Sequence record: OR493421.1
Length of the DNA: 64,000 nt
Strand: one strand, 5' to 3'
Shown: positions 37,912-47,184 of the stretch, piece after piece
Position numbering within the stretch: the stretch's first letter is position 1
Layout: the number at the start of each line of letters is the position of its first letter
The notes under the pieces: generated by a model
The model's database searches: none
Seen by the model: the letters and a program-made list of their open reading frames with translations, nothing else
What the model was told of the DNA's origin: nothing
Translations under genes and position numbers: made by a program

Positions 37912-38340
37912 TTACACGTTGGTAGGGCGAGTTTTCTTCGTAGGGATTTGAATGTGTCGACCCAGCTCTGCAATGATCTGTTTGTAGTAGATCTTTAAAA
38001 CGAAACAGAAAACATCCATCGGAGTATCCAGAGTGGGGCGTAAATGTTTGAAATACCCGGTTTCATTCATTTCCGTAACGATCTCGTTAAGTTCAGCTTT
38101 AAGCTTATCCAAAGGAACCTCAGCCAATAGCCGGAAGATCACACCATGGATTTGATCGTAGTATTCAGGCTGGGCGGATAAGCTTTGCTCGAGCTCAGAA
38201 ACACCTTCGTCAAAAGAAAGGATGCTCTTCGTAATGATCGCATTACTGATCGCATCTTGCAGAACTTTGAGTTCGTCGATTTCTGCCAGCGTTGCAAATT
38301 CTTGAGCCCAGACTTCTACAGCTCGATTGATGTGTTCCAT
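37912..38340 (-). CDS. hypothetical protein
   Basis: 142-aa helical ORF in the operon. Confidence 0.7.
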   Translation of the reverse strand: MEHINRAVEVWAQEFATLAEIDELKVLQDAISNAIITKSILSFDEGVSELEQSLSAQPEYYDQIHGVIFRLLAEVPLDKLKAELNEIVTEMNETGYFKHLRPTLDTPMDVFCFVLKIYYKQIIAELGRHIQIPTKKTRPTNV

Positions 38341-38342
38341 CG

Positions 38343-39017
38343 TTACCTCTTATCGATATTGTTTTCGATGTGTCTGGCGTTAAACAGATAATGGGTGGTC
38401 TGAAGGGATTTGACACCACTACCGCGCTTCAAGGCATTGTTAACGTTAGTCGATCCAGTCTCCATAAGCTCTGTTCTATAAACTTCCAATGCCTTTTCAT
38501 CACCGCCTTTGACATCGTAGATCTCTTTTGCCACGGTGTTGAGTCCGAGCGCCATAAGGATCTTAATCTCCGGAGAGGAAATACCCGTCCCTCGGCTATC
38601 CCCAACAACCTGACCTGTTAAATCGTCGGTGCTGGTGTCGTCTTTAGCAGCACCAAACTTTTTGACGAGCATCTGACGCTGTTTACGGATCTCGGCTATC
38701 CCAACCAAATAAGTTTCTGGTGTGATGAGTTCTACACCAGTGTCTTCGTCGGTGATAATGAGTTGGGTCTCGAGTTCTACCCCGTATTCTTTGGCTAGTC
38801 CGAGGACAGTGTCGTATTCGATGTGCTCGTTCTTATCCCAGTTGGATGTCCATAGCGGCATACCACCTTGTTTATCGATCTTATCGATGAACTGTTCAAA
38901 CTGAGCGTCGTTCATGTTTTTAAAAAGGTCGGTATAGACCTTCAGGTTAAACCCACCTTTAGTGAGTTTACCCACGAAATCCAAAATAACGTCTTCGGCA
39001 GCTTTTCTGTTACCCAT
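38343..39017 (-). CDS. rpoB: virion RNA polymerase beta subunit, C-terminal part (phiKZ gp149-like)
   Basis: LVGIAEIRKQRQML and DDLTGQVVGDSRGTGISSPEIKILMALG parallel the RpoB C-terminal regions. Confidence 0.8.
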   Translation of the reverse strand: MGNRKAAEDVILDFVGKLTKGGFNLKVYTDLFKNMNDAQFEQFIDKIDKQGGMPLWTSNWDKNEHIEYDTVLGLAKEYGVELETQLIITDEDTGVELITPETYLVGIAEIRKQRQMLVKKFGAAKDDTSTDDLTGQVVGDSRGTGISSPEIKILMALGLNTVAKEIYDVKGGDEKALEVYRTELMETGSTNVNNALKRGSGVKSLQTTHYLFNARHIENNIDKR

Positions 39018-39023
39018 GTTAAC

Positions 39024-39392
39024 CTACTTACGTTTGTACGAATAACGAGTAATGTTCTTTTGTAACGCACTCATGGTGTCCGCTACACCTTCGATAAAGG
39101 GATCCACGATGTTACTTAAAGAAATGATCTGCAGTTCGTCAAATACCGCTGCGTGGTTCTCGATAGTTTGGGTGAACAGCGTCTTATTGCGATCCTCAAC
39201 ATCGAGCGTCTCAATGTTACTATCGATTGCGCTGAGTCCGTAACGGCCACTGACCGTAATGATCTTGATAGGAACCTTATACCGATTGTTTAAGATCCCG
39301 TAGAGCTTTTCGACATAACTCGTCGGGTCATCACAAAGATTCTTAAAGTTAGAATCCGAGACAATCAAAATGGTTAGTTCTGGTTTAATCAT
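39024..39392 (-). CDS. hypothetical protein
   Basis: Start set at MIKPEL (AGGA upstream); alpha/beta pattern. Confidence 0.65.
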   Translation of the reverse strand: MIKPELTILIVSDSNFKNLCDDPTSYVEKLYGILNNRYKVPIKIITVSGRYGLSAIDSNIETLDVEDRNKTLFTQTIENHAAVFDELQIISLSNIVDPFIEGVADTMSALQKNITRYSYKRK

Positions 39393-39447
39393 AACCCTAA
39401 TAATCCTTAAATAATAAAAGTAGGGGGAGGTCTCCCTCCCCTTCAAA

Positions 39448-40902
39448 TTATGCCGCTTGCTTTAATAAACGATTAGAAGCCCACGGAATAGAACCTTCTC
39501 CACACGCAACAGCCAACAGCTGCATGGTGGTCAGAGTATGTTTCTTGATGTCCGGGTTGAGATGCCAGTAATCGACGGAGTTTTCCAATAGTTCTGTCCA
39601 GTCGTAACCGGCTTCAGCCACCTTCGCATATAATTCGGCCGGCGTCATACGGTATTTGTGATCCAAACGCATCCAATAGTTCTGCATGAACCACATCTGG
39701 TAACAGATAGTAATCGCCCTGTAGAATTGGTGGTTCTCGTTGACGATCTTACGAATGGTGGTTCGGCCAACCTTAAGGTCCGGCATGAGGTCACAAGCGT
39801 GGCTGACTTTACTACCAACGCTTAAACCGAAATAACCGTCGGTTTTAATGGTGTGATACATGCTCAGCCCTTCCTGGATCCCGTCTGACTGAGAACCGAT
39901 GAACGAACATTGTAGGCCGGAACTTCCGCCCTTATTACGATACATCGTGAAGTTGTAAAGTAAAAGGTCCGGGTTTTCTCGTGCATCGGCGTCAATGACA
40001 ACGTCACGACCGAATGGGTTAGGATACATCCATTCTTGATCCGACTTCAGACCGCTGCCTTTGATGATCTCGAACCCGATGCTCGGGAGCTGGAGAATCG
40101 CTTTAGGACACTTGGCGATCTTCTTACCTGGACGGATGAAGGTGGACTGTTTCTCCATCGGCTTGCCGTCCATGTTAATCATGTCGGCGATCTGACCCAC
40201 CCACCACAGTCTGAGGCCGGCGATGCCACCCAGGTTGCTGGAGTCTTCAAAGACAACGCGTTTGAGGTTACCGAACTCCATATCACGAGTACGTTTCTTA
40301 CCACCCTCGTCCACGTCACCTTCTGTGAATTTGGCAGAAGCCTCGGTGAAACGAAGGTCGCTTAAAGAATCACAGATAACCATGATCGGCGCAATACATT
40401 TGATCCGTTTATTTTCTTTATCCAAGAACGGAGTTTGGACATACATGTCCGGGTTATCTTTGTTGTCCTTGAAGTTGTTGTAAGCGTCTTTGATGAGATT
40501 GTGGAAAGCGGTGCCATCGAATTCATCTTTACTCGTTTTATAGATGAACCGTTTGTCGAAGATCTCATCGTAGAAGTACCCAGGGATGCCGAAATCAGCA
40601 TCGACAGCATCAGCCAATCGCCCAATATCTAACGTGGACTCGCTGTCAACATAGATGATTACCCCCATAGGGAATCGCTGCAGGAAACGACGGCAGGCAA
40701 ATACCAACTGTCCAGTTTTCTGCGTGTTGCTTCCTCCTACTGTGGCGTTGTTGTCCATGATCCCACCGTTCAGGTAATACTGTTCATCGTATCCCTTAAA
40801 GAACCGGCCATTGATCATATCAAAAAGCGGACTATAGTTAAAACCGATGTGAACCATCGGGCTGCTTTTTACATTTTGTAAAAATTGAAAAGGGGTACTC
40901 AT
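39448..40902 (-). CDS. uvsX: RecA/UvsX-like recombinase (phiKZ gp152-like)
   Basis: Variant P-loop GGSNTQKT, YVDSE catalytic Glu, Walker B VICDS; synteny. Confidence 0.82.
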   Translation of the reverse strand: MSTPFQFLQNVKSSPMVHIGFNYSPLFDMINGRFFKGYDEQYYLNGGIMDNNATVGGSNTQKTGQLVFACRRFLQRFPMGVIIYVDSESTLDIGRLADAVDADFGIPGYFYDEIFDKRFIYKTSKDEFDGTAFHNLIKDAYNNFKDNKDNPDMYVQTPFLDKENKRIKCIAPIMVICDSLSDLRFTEASAKFTEGDVDEGGKKRTRDMEFGNLKRVVFEDSSNLGGIAGLRLWWVGQIADMINMDGKPMEKQSTFIRPGKKIAKCPKAILQLPSIGFEIIKGSGLKSDQEWMYPNPFGRDVVIDADARENPDLLLYNFTMYRNKGGSSGLQCSFIGSQSDGIQEGLSMYHTIKTDGYFGLSVGSKVSHACDLMPDLKVGRTTIRKIVNENHQFYRAITICYQMWFMQNYWMRLDHKYRMTPAELYAKVAEAGYDWTELLENSVDYWHLNPDIKKHTLTTMQLLAVACGEGSIPWASNRLLKQAA

Positions 40903-40961
40903 CGTTTACCTCTTGGATTCTATGAAAAACGCTATTGACCTAATAATACGGAGCGCCAGTA

Positions 40962-41759
40962 ATGAATAACAGTTTTATCGAACAGGTTAAGCAACCTGTT
41001 ATTTTCGGTATAGACGGTTCTGAAAAACTTTCTGTCGGTGAGTCTCTTTCACTTAAAATGACCGAAATATCACGTGGATTTAAAGAGGCGTTTCGTCAAC
41101 TTAAATCATCGGCCCACACTATCGATTACGGCAAGACAGCCAAACACCTCGCCGCAGTAAATTACTTTAAACATACAATGGTTCCTTTGACCGGTCCGGC
41201 TTATTTTGATCCGGAGAAAACCGAATGGAGCTATTATGTTAAAATGGTTTCTTCCACCGCGCTGCTGCTTTCTACCGCGTTAACGGAATCCGGTCGGATT
41301 TACAAGTGGTTGAAAGATGTTGCTAAAACGGGGACTGTCGGTTCTTCGTTCTGGTTCAGCGTCACCAAGACGGATACACTGGCCAACGATCTGCAGTCCT
41401 TTATGGAAGGGATTCAGTCTTCTCGAAATACCCACCATCGGCTTAATCAGTTTTACGATTCGTTCAAATCCTTCTACGATACTGTCGAGCATTTCAATGG
41501 AGCGGTATCGGGTATTAAGTCCTCGGACATTCGTTCCCTCGCTGATCGTATTGACGAAGTTTATCACCTGGGGAATATCATCGTCGACAAGATCAAAACG
41601 TCCCAGTTGGTCTTCGACAAGGATAGTTTAAAAACGCTCCAGGATACCATTAATACGTACAACACGTTGATTAATGTTACTGGCGCTGGGTTGGTTCTCT
41701 TAAATGAGCTGACTGCTGTTTTTGAATCTCAAACAGCAGAACTGGGTAAATTAAAGTAA
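40962..41759 (+). CDS. virion protein (phiKZ gp153-like)
   Basis: 265-aa helical ORF between uvsX and the RNase H-like gene; synteny. Confidence 0.55.
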   Translation: MNNSFIEQVKQPVIFGIDGSEKLSVGESLSLKMTEISRGFKEAFRQLKSSAHTIDYGKTAKHLAAVNYFKHTMVPLTGPAYFDPEKTEWSYYVKMVSSTALLLSTALTESGRIYKWLKDVAKTGTVGSSFWFSVTKTDTLANDLQSFMEGIQSSRNTHHRLNQFYDSFKSFYDTVEHFNGAVSGIKSSDIRSLADRIDEVYHLGNIIVDKIKTSQLVFDKDSLKTLQDTINTYNTLINVTGAGLVLLNELTAVFESQTAELGKLK

Positions 41760-41763
41760 ACAG

Positions 41764-41799
41764 TATAACAGTTAGGGTCTCACGACCCTAACTGTTATA
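41764..41799. terminator. bidirectional terminator
   Basis: tataacagttagggtc-tcac-gaccctaactgttata. Confidence 0.85.
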
Positions 41800-41809
41800 T
41801 TCAACCAAG

Positions 41810-43300
41810 TTAATCTTTTCTACCTAGCTCGGCTTTATTCAAGACCCTTACATTAGCGCATCCAGACGCATGTATGTAAATCCAGTCTTCCGCTTTAACA
41901 ATGATGCGGTAGATCAAACATCCGTCGTTGGCTTCGTCAATGTTAACCCAAACTTGAACATCGGGATCCTTTACTGAGTTAAACGCATTTCGCTCTGGTA
42001 AATCGTATCCGACGCTCAACGTTATAGGCACGGCTTTAACCGCTTTGCGGTGTTCTACGTTGACTTTAAACGTTTGGGTATTTTGGGTGAAGTCCGGTTG
42101 AAGCTTTAACTTGATCTCCCCTTTTTTATTTGGGATCTTCTCAAAAATGACATTCGTTATATCGTAGAACTTTTGATATTGCCCGAATTTATTGAACTCA
42201 TCTTTGTTTAAGAAGCTGTGTAAGATAATGTCATGTTCTTCCATGACGTCGGAGATGCGGTAAGTGAGTCCAGGTGGGTCAATCAACTCCACCAAAGTAG
42301 GTTCGTCCTGAGAACCCATTCTAAACGGAACGATCAAATCCTTTTCTCTCACTACCCCAGGGCAGTTATCGATAAGCCTGGCTATTTCCTTAGATTTGAC
42401 GAATTGCATGTTCCCAGCGAGCATCAAACCTTTAGGGTTATGTGTCCTTTTCTCGGTATAGTCATAAAGCTTATCCAACAGTACTATCGGGGTCTGGGTA
42501 TAGAAAGAGGAATAGGTCACATCTGGGGTGAGCTTACCGTAATACTTCTTATCTTTCTCGACTTTACCGAAGCCGTAGCGGCGGTATCCTTCTTTTAGCT
42601 CGTAGAAGTCGTTGCCTTCGCCTGTGTTAAAATACCACCGACTACCACAAATGATACGGTTAAAGTCACTCTCCGGATTAAGGAAAGTTTTCATCGGCTG
42701 ACGGTATAAAGCCGCGATAGGTTCCATTCCCCAAACTGTTTCAACCTCGGCGATACCAGCCGACTGCCACGCCATCTTAGGACCCATCCCGCCTTCAACG
42801 CTTAGTGTGAAGTTAAAGATGAGTTTGCTTCTTCCCTTTAGTTTATCCATAAGAGCCTGGATATCCGTAAGAGATTTAACCGCTTCTTTATTAAATTCCG
42901 TTTTACCTAACCTATATTCCTTTTCTACGATTTTGGAAGGGTCGACCGTAAGAAGTTTCTCGAGTAACGGGTACTTCCCAATTAACCCGATGTTCTTAAC
43001 ATCCTCATGTTCTACAGCATCTTCCAAAATAACTTTGAGTAAGTCCAGCTGAGCTTCAATTTCCAAAGCCCTATCAGAAACAACCACAGAAAGGGAATCG
43101 ATAGGTTCTACTACAGTTCCATTGCTCGTCGTATTTCCGACATAAAACCCTACGGTAGTAGGGACATCTTTCTGTAACTTTTTCTTACCCACCACGGATA
43201 CGTCGTAAGAATAACCGAAAGCGCCTGCGCAAGCCCTTTCTGTTTTCTTACCTTCTACTTTTCGACTCACTAAATAATAAACGAGATTAATCTCAGACAT
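41810..43300 (-). CDS. RNase H-fold protein (phiKZ gp155-like), catalytic residues apparently degenerate
   Basis: Synteny; GAFGYSY, ALEIEA, GPKMAWQSA line up with RNase HI motifs. Confidence 0.7.
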   Translation of the reverse strand: MSEINLVYYLVSRKVEGKKTERACAGAFGYSYDVSVVGKKKLQKDVPTTVGFYVGNTTSNGTVVEPIDSLSVVVSDRALEIEAQLDLLKVILEDAVEHEDVKNIGLIGKYPLLEKLLTVDPSKIVEKEYRLGKTEFNKEAVKSLTDIQALMDKLKGRSKLIFNFTLSVEGGMGPKMAWQSAGIAEVETVWGMEPIAALYRQPMKTFLNPESDFNRIICGSRWYFNTGEGNDFYELKEGYRRYGFGKVEKDKKYYGKLTPDVTYSSFYTQTPIVLLDKLYDYTEKRTHNPKGLMLAGNMQFVKSKEIARLIDNCPGVVREKDLIVPFRMGSQDEPTLVELIDPPGLTYRISDVMEEHDIILHSFLNKDEFNKFGQYQKFYDITNVIFEKIPNKKGEIKLKLQPDFTQNTQTFKVNVEHRKAVKAVPITLSVGYDLPERNAFNSVKDPDVQVWVNIDEANDGCLIYRIIVKAEDWIYIHASGCANVRVLNKAELGRKD

Positions 43301-43325
43301 AGTTCAAGGCCTTTGTCATTGTGTA

Positions 43326-43359
43326 ATACTAGGGATCCCATATTTGGGATCCCTAGTAT
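43326..43359. terminator. intrinsic terminator
   Basis: atactagggatccca-tatt-tgggatccctagtat. Confidence 0.8.
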
Positions 43360-43366
43360 AAAAATA

Positions 43367-43780
43367 TTACTGTTTTTTGGTTGACGGTCTTTTGCAGGTT
43401 TTTACAACATCTTCCATGACTTTAGTTTGATCCAATAGACGCAAGTTATCTTTGATTAAAAGAATATTTTCTTCCCTGAGCGATTCTACCCTGTCGCTTA
43501 ACGTGCGGTTGATTTTAATCAGTTCATCTATAGGGTTCCTATCCGTAGAGAACATTTTGTTAACCGCTGCTGCAGCGCCTTCAGTTGCGTGTATACGTAA
43601 AGATAAATTAATATCAATGACGACGAGGGTCAAAACCGCCCACAATAATCCCCCGGCAACGTAGGAAATATACCGAATAGCCGAGTTCTGTTTTTCTTCT
43701 AAAGTCTCTCCAGACGCGCGCCTGAGGAGCCATTCTATGAACCTATCCACCAGTTCTTTGGCTATGGGAAACATTTTCAC
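43367..43780 (-). CDS. membrane protein (one TM plus coiled coil)
   Basis: ISYVAGGLLWAVLTLVVI followed by a heptad-rich segment. Confidence 0.7.
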   Translation of the reverse strand: MKMFPIAKELVDRFIEWLLRRASGETLEEKQNSAIRYISYVAGGLLWAVLTLVVIDINLSLRIHATEGAAAAVNKMFSTDRNPIDELIKINRTLSDRVESLREENILLIKDNLRLLDQTKVMEDVVKTCKRPSTKKQ

Positions 43781-43800
43781 TTTCCTTAACGGACGACATT

Positions 43801-45138
43801 ATGAGCAAATATTCATACCTTTCATTTAGTGCTATTGCGGCGCTAAGTGATAACCACGAGAAAGTGGTTTCCCCGTTAGGGGAGCTGTCTAGCAAAACGA
43901 GAGCGTATTCGAAAGATCCGGGTTTCTATCGCAGCGATGATCACATCCCCACCTTAATTAATTTTTATGGTGTGAAGGACGATGTTGCCGAAATCATGCC
44001 GGATGAAACAAAAAATAAACAGCTGGACATCGCTCAGTGGCTTTATCAGCAAGCGGTGGCCGGAGTATTAACTAACGATAGTACAGCATGCTTGCAGTTA
44101 GTGCAAGCACAATTTACCGCCGGGGTAGTATTTAGCGGTGTAGGAACGATGGTCACGAATAGTGTCATTTATCTTCCTTCTCATATTGAGGGTACCCAGA
44201 CGCTAACTAACGGGGATACCGTTTATTTTAAAATCTGGTTCGCTAACGCTTACTTTGAAGCGGAATATCCTTATTGTGAAATCGTCCCCATCCTGGTGCT
44301 TCCAGATGACGAAATCGATAAACTCGTCACATTGAATTATCAGCAGCTTGCTACCAGACTTGCTCAAGAAACACCTAGCGTGATTGAGCAACGCGTCTTA
44401 GCAGCAACCAATGACGGCGAATACCGATACAGTTCTCGTTTCGTCTATCCGTTCAAAGTCTATGATCTGGTAAACACCGCGAATTACAACACCGTTTATT
44501 TCACTGTGTTGGTTTACGGTAACGCTGACGATCAGGAAGATCAGATCTACACCGAGATAGCGAATGCCATTTTGGCATTAACGTCTGAAAGTGAAGAGGA
44601 TTGGGAGAACGCCATCCCTGATCTTTTTAACCCGACACAGTTTGTTGCGATCCCTTATTGGGATGAATTAGGCCTGGAGAATAAAACAGATGGAAGTTCG
44701 CTGTACTCTCCGATTGCCAGCTACGAAACACTTTTAACAAATCCGACGAAATACCTCATAGGTTTTACGTCAGATAATATCATAAAATCAGCGCAGGTTG
44801 TTCCTTTCCTTTATAAATCCGCTAAAGTCTGTTTCGCCGGTAAACCGACGAACTTTAACGGCGTGACTAAAATCAAAGAACTCTACCCTGATTATCAGCT
44901 CATCCCTTCTACCGATTCCCAGTTCGCATGGATGTCTACGGCCACAACCGACTTCATCACCGCCATGCAAACACTGATCAGCGGAGCAGAAGTGTTAACT
45001 GAAGACGGTCTGGTGCCGGCAGGGATCAAACGTCTGATCAAGGACAATATTCTCTTCGCAACCATTCAAGTGGGATCCACCCGATTCCAAATGGTGACCA
45101 AGGCCCAGTTTATTAAAGACGGGATTATTACCGAATAG
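43801..45138 (+). CDS. virion structural protein (phiKZ gp157-like)
   Basis: 445 aa, SPLGELS motif; synteny. Confidence 0.6.
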   Translation: MSKYSYLSFSAIAALSDNHEKVVSPLGELSSKTRAYSKDPGFYRSDDHIPTLINFYGVKDDVAEIMPDETKNKQLDIAQWLYQQAVAGVLTNDSTACLQLVQAQFTAGVVFSGVGTMVTNSVIYLPSHIEGTQTLTNGDTVYFKIWFANAYFEAEYPYCEIVPILVLPDDEIDKLVTLNYQQLATRLAQETPSVIEQRVLAATNDGEYRYSSRFVYPFKVYDLVNTANYNTVYFTVLVYGNADDQEDQIYTEIANAILALTSESEEDWENAIPDLFNPTQFVAIPYWDELGLENKTDGSSLYSPIASYETLLTNPTKYLIGFTSDNIIKSAQVVPFLYKSAKVCFAGKPTNFNGVTKIKELYPDYQLIPSTDSQFAWMSTATTDFITAMQTLISGAEVLTEDGLVPAGIKRLIKDNILFATIQVGSTRFQMVTKAQFIKDGIITE

Positions 45139-45148
45139 AGGTTAGTCC

Positions 45149-45808
45149 ATGGCAGACACTGATAAAAACGTCATTCCCTCACTCTATGCCGCGGGACAAT
45201 TTACCGCGATCACACCTTTTACAACAGTGGTCGACGAGTCTATCTTTTATAAAGTAGAAGACGTTTGTACGGCGGCACAGTTTCGAAACAGGAATATTGA
45301 TGTTTGGGGATTGATGTTCGAACCAGTGGGGATATCAGAAGATGCTTATGAAAGTATCTTAGATCTGGTAGAAGAGAATAACGGGGCGATCATCACCCTG
45401 ACCTCTAAAAACGGATCTCCGGTTTATATTCCCAGCACCTATATCAAATCATTTCCCCTAATTGACGGGGTGATCTTTGAAAGATTTGTTGTTTACACCG
45501 ACCTGGGGGCATGCCCTCCTCAGATGGCGGATAAAATTAACACGTTGATCGATCACTTCCAAGATTACGCGAAAACTAACTTCGGACTTGTCAACGCGAA
45601 GAGCTACATTGGTAGTATTCCTACCAGGGCTTATGTCTCGAAAGAAGATGCGGAAATATTTGAATCTACTCGGCTTAACGCTATCGCTAATGCAGAGACG
45701 GATCAAATCAAACTTGCTAAGCAGGCCGAAACTATAACCAAACAACAATTGTACATTCAGGAATTAGAGGCTGCGTTAATAGCCGCTAAGAATGAACAAA
45801 CGCCGTAA
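45149..45808 (+). CDS. conserved hypothetical protein, probably virion
   Basis: 219 aa, GAGG RBS, C-terminal coiled coil. Confidence 0.65.
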   Translation: MADTDKNVIPSLYAAGQFTAITPFTTVVDESIFYKVEDVCTAAQFRNRNIDVWGLMFEPVGISEDAYESILDLVEENNGAIITLTSKNGSPVYIPSTYIKSFPLIDGVIFERFVVYTDLGACPPQMADKINTLIDHFQDYAKTNFGLVNAKSYIGSIPTRAYVSKEDAEIFESTRLNAIANAETDQIKLAKQAETITKQQLYIQELEAALIAAKNEQTP

Positions 45809-45826
45809 AAAAAAATAACAGAAATA

Positions 45827-45858
45827 TATTCCTCCTACCCGTAAGGGTAGGAGGAATA
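45827..45858. terminator. bidirectional terminator
   Basis: tattcctcctaccc-gtaa-gggtaggaggaata. Confidence 0.85.
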
Positions 45859-45876
45859 GTTTCTTTGCGTTATCGA

Positions 45877-47154
45877 TTAAACGGTTTGACTAGGAGCCTG
45901 AGCGTTGCCTTCGAGCGCATAGGTTTCATCCTGGGCAGAATCGCCCTCAACCGCCACTTCTGCATCACCATCTACAAAAGCCGGTTCATCCACCGCAACC
46001 AGATGTGGGGTTTCGCCACGAGCCGGTGCCGCTGCAGTATCTTCGGTTTCCACTTTGGTTACCTTAGAGATGTAGGGTTTGAAGTAAACCGATTCGGTCT
46101 GGTTCATCAGGTTGAGGATCGCTTTACCGAACGAACGAACGAACTTCGACCACATCTCACGGACAACTGGGTAATCGTAGTATTCGTTAGCACCTTCTTC
46201 GTTAATAACGAAGGTCGCCAGCGAGTTAGTGTCGAGGTAGACACGATTACCCAGCTCAGCTTCTTTATCTTTCAGCAGACTGATAACCTTTTCGACTTGT
46301 TCCTCTACGAGGGCACGAGTTTCAGGCGTGTTATCGGTGAACTCATAGACGATGTTGGTCTGATACTGAAGCGGCATGGAGAAGTTCTGTTCCCAAATAC
46401 GCTCACGGAATTGGGTGAGGTATTTGTTACCCAGCTCGATACCGAAGAACTCAGAAGTGAGTTCGTTCATCTTGTCGATGGCAGCCTGAACACCAGCAAT
46501 GTGTTTCTGGTCATCTTCAGAGAACTCAGCGAGCTGTTCCAGAGTAACCGGCTGACGAAGGATCTTGATCTCATCAGCGACAGGAGGTGCTTTATCCAGC
46601 GTCAGACTGATTTTATGATCTTCGATGTCGAATCCGAAGTAGAGATCGTGATCCTTGACCGTCGTGGTGAATTTACCCCAGGCTTCGGTAAGATCGGCGA
46701 TGGTTTTCAGCTGGTCGGTTTCTTTCTTAGCGTAGTCGGTGAACCACTGATCAACGCGTGCCAGTTGGCCGGTGGTCATGTTGTCGAATTCCTTATCGCC
46801 GGTGCCGCGCTGTTCCATGGAAGTGAAGACCGGGACCGCGCTGACCACATAGCCGTAAGCGTGATCGATTTCGACGCCTTTATACTGTCGCGGCTGGAAA
46901 TCTTTATCCCGAACCTGCTCATCGAGGAAAGAGAAGTCGCCCAGGTTAATGCGTTCTTTGACCGCCTTCAGATGCTTTTCGTGGAAGGCATAGCGGCGAC
47001 GTTCACCCGTACTGATTTTGATCCCGTCGATAAACAGAATATTTAACAGCGCGTGACGATGGGAAACGATTTTGAGATCTTCCAGATTACCGAACAGTTC
47101 AGCGGCAACAGCAGAGAAGAACTTCTTATAGGTGTTGATGTCGACAGAATTCAT
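45877..47154 (-). CDS. hypothetical acidic protein, probably highly expressed
   Basis: 425 aa, AGGAG RBS, strong codon bias, disordered acidic C-terminus. Confidence 0.8.
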   Translation of the reverse strand: MNSVDINTYKKFFSAVAAELFGNLEDLKIVSHRHALLNILFIDGIKISTGERRRYAFHEKHLKAVKERINLGDFSFLDEQVRDKDFQPRQYKGVEIDHAYGYVVSAVPVFTSMEQRGTGDKEFDNMTTGQLARVDQWFTDYAKKETDQLKTIADLTEAWGKFTTTVKDHDLYFGFDIEDHKISLTLDKAPPVADEIKILRQPVTLEQLAEFSEDDQKHIAGVQAAIDKMNELTSEFFGIELGNKYLTQFRERIWEQNFSMPLQYQTNIVYEFTDNTPETRALVEEQVEKVISLLKDKEAELGNRVYLDTNSLATFVINEEGANEYYDYPVVREMWSKFVRSFGKAILNLMNQTESVYFKPYISKVTKVETEDTAAAPARGETPHLVAVDEPAFVDGDAEVAVEGDSAQDETYALEGNAQAPSQTV

Positions 47155-47184
47155 TTTACTACTCCTAATAACGGGTGATTGGTG

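Noticed and set aside
39024-39392. SLOG/DUF2493-like fold
   Set aside because: Only a vague alpha/beta pattern; glycine-rich signature motifs are missing.
43367-43780. i-spanin with an embedded o-spanin
   Set aside because: TM plus coiled coil fits, but I found no overlapping lipobox ORF at the 3' end.
45865-47046. 393-aa plus-strand ORF antisense to the 425-aa gene
   Set aside because: No RBS, starts with TTG at the terminator, protein looks non-biological; best explained by the codon bias of the sense gene.
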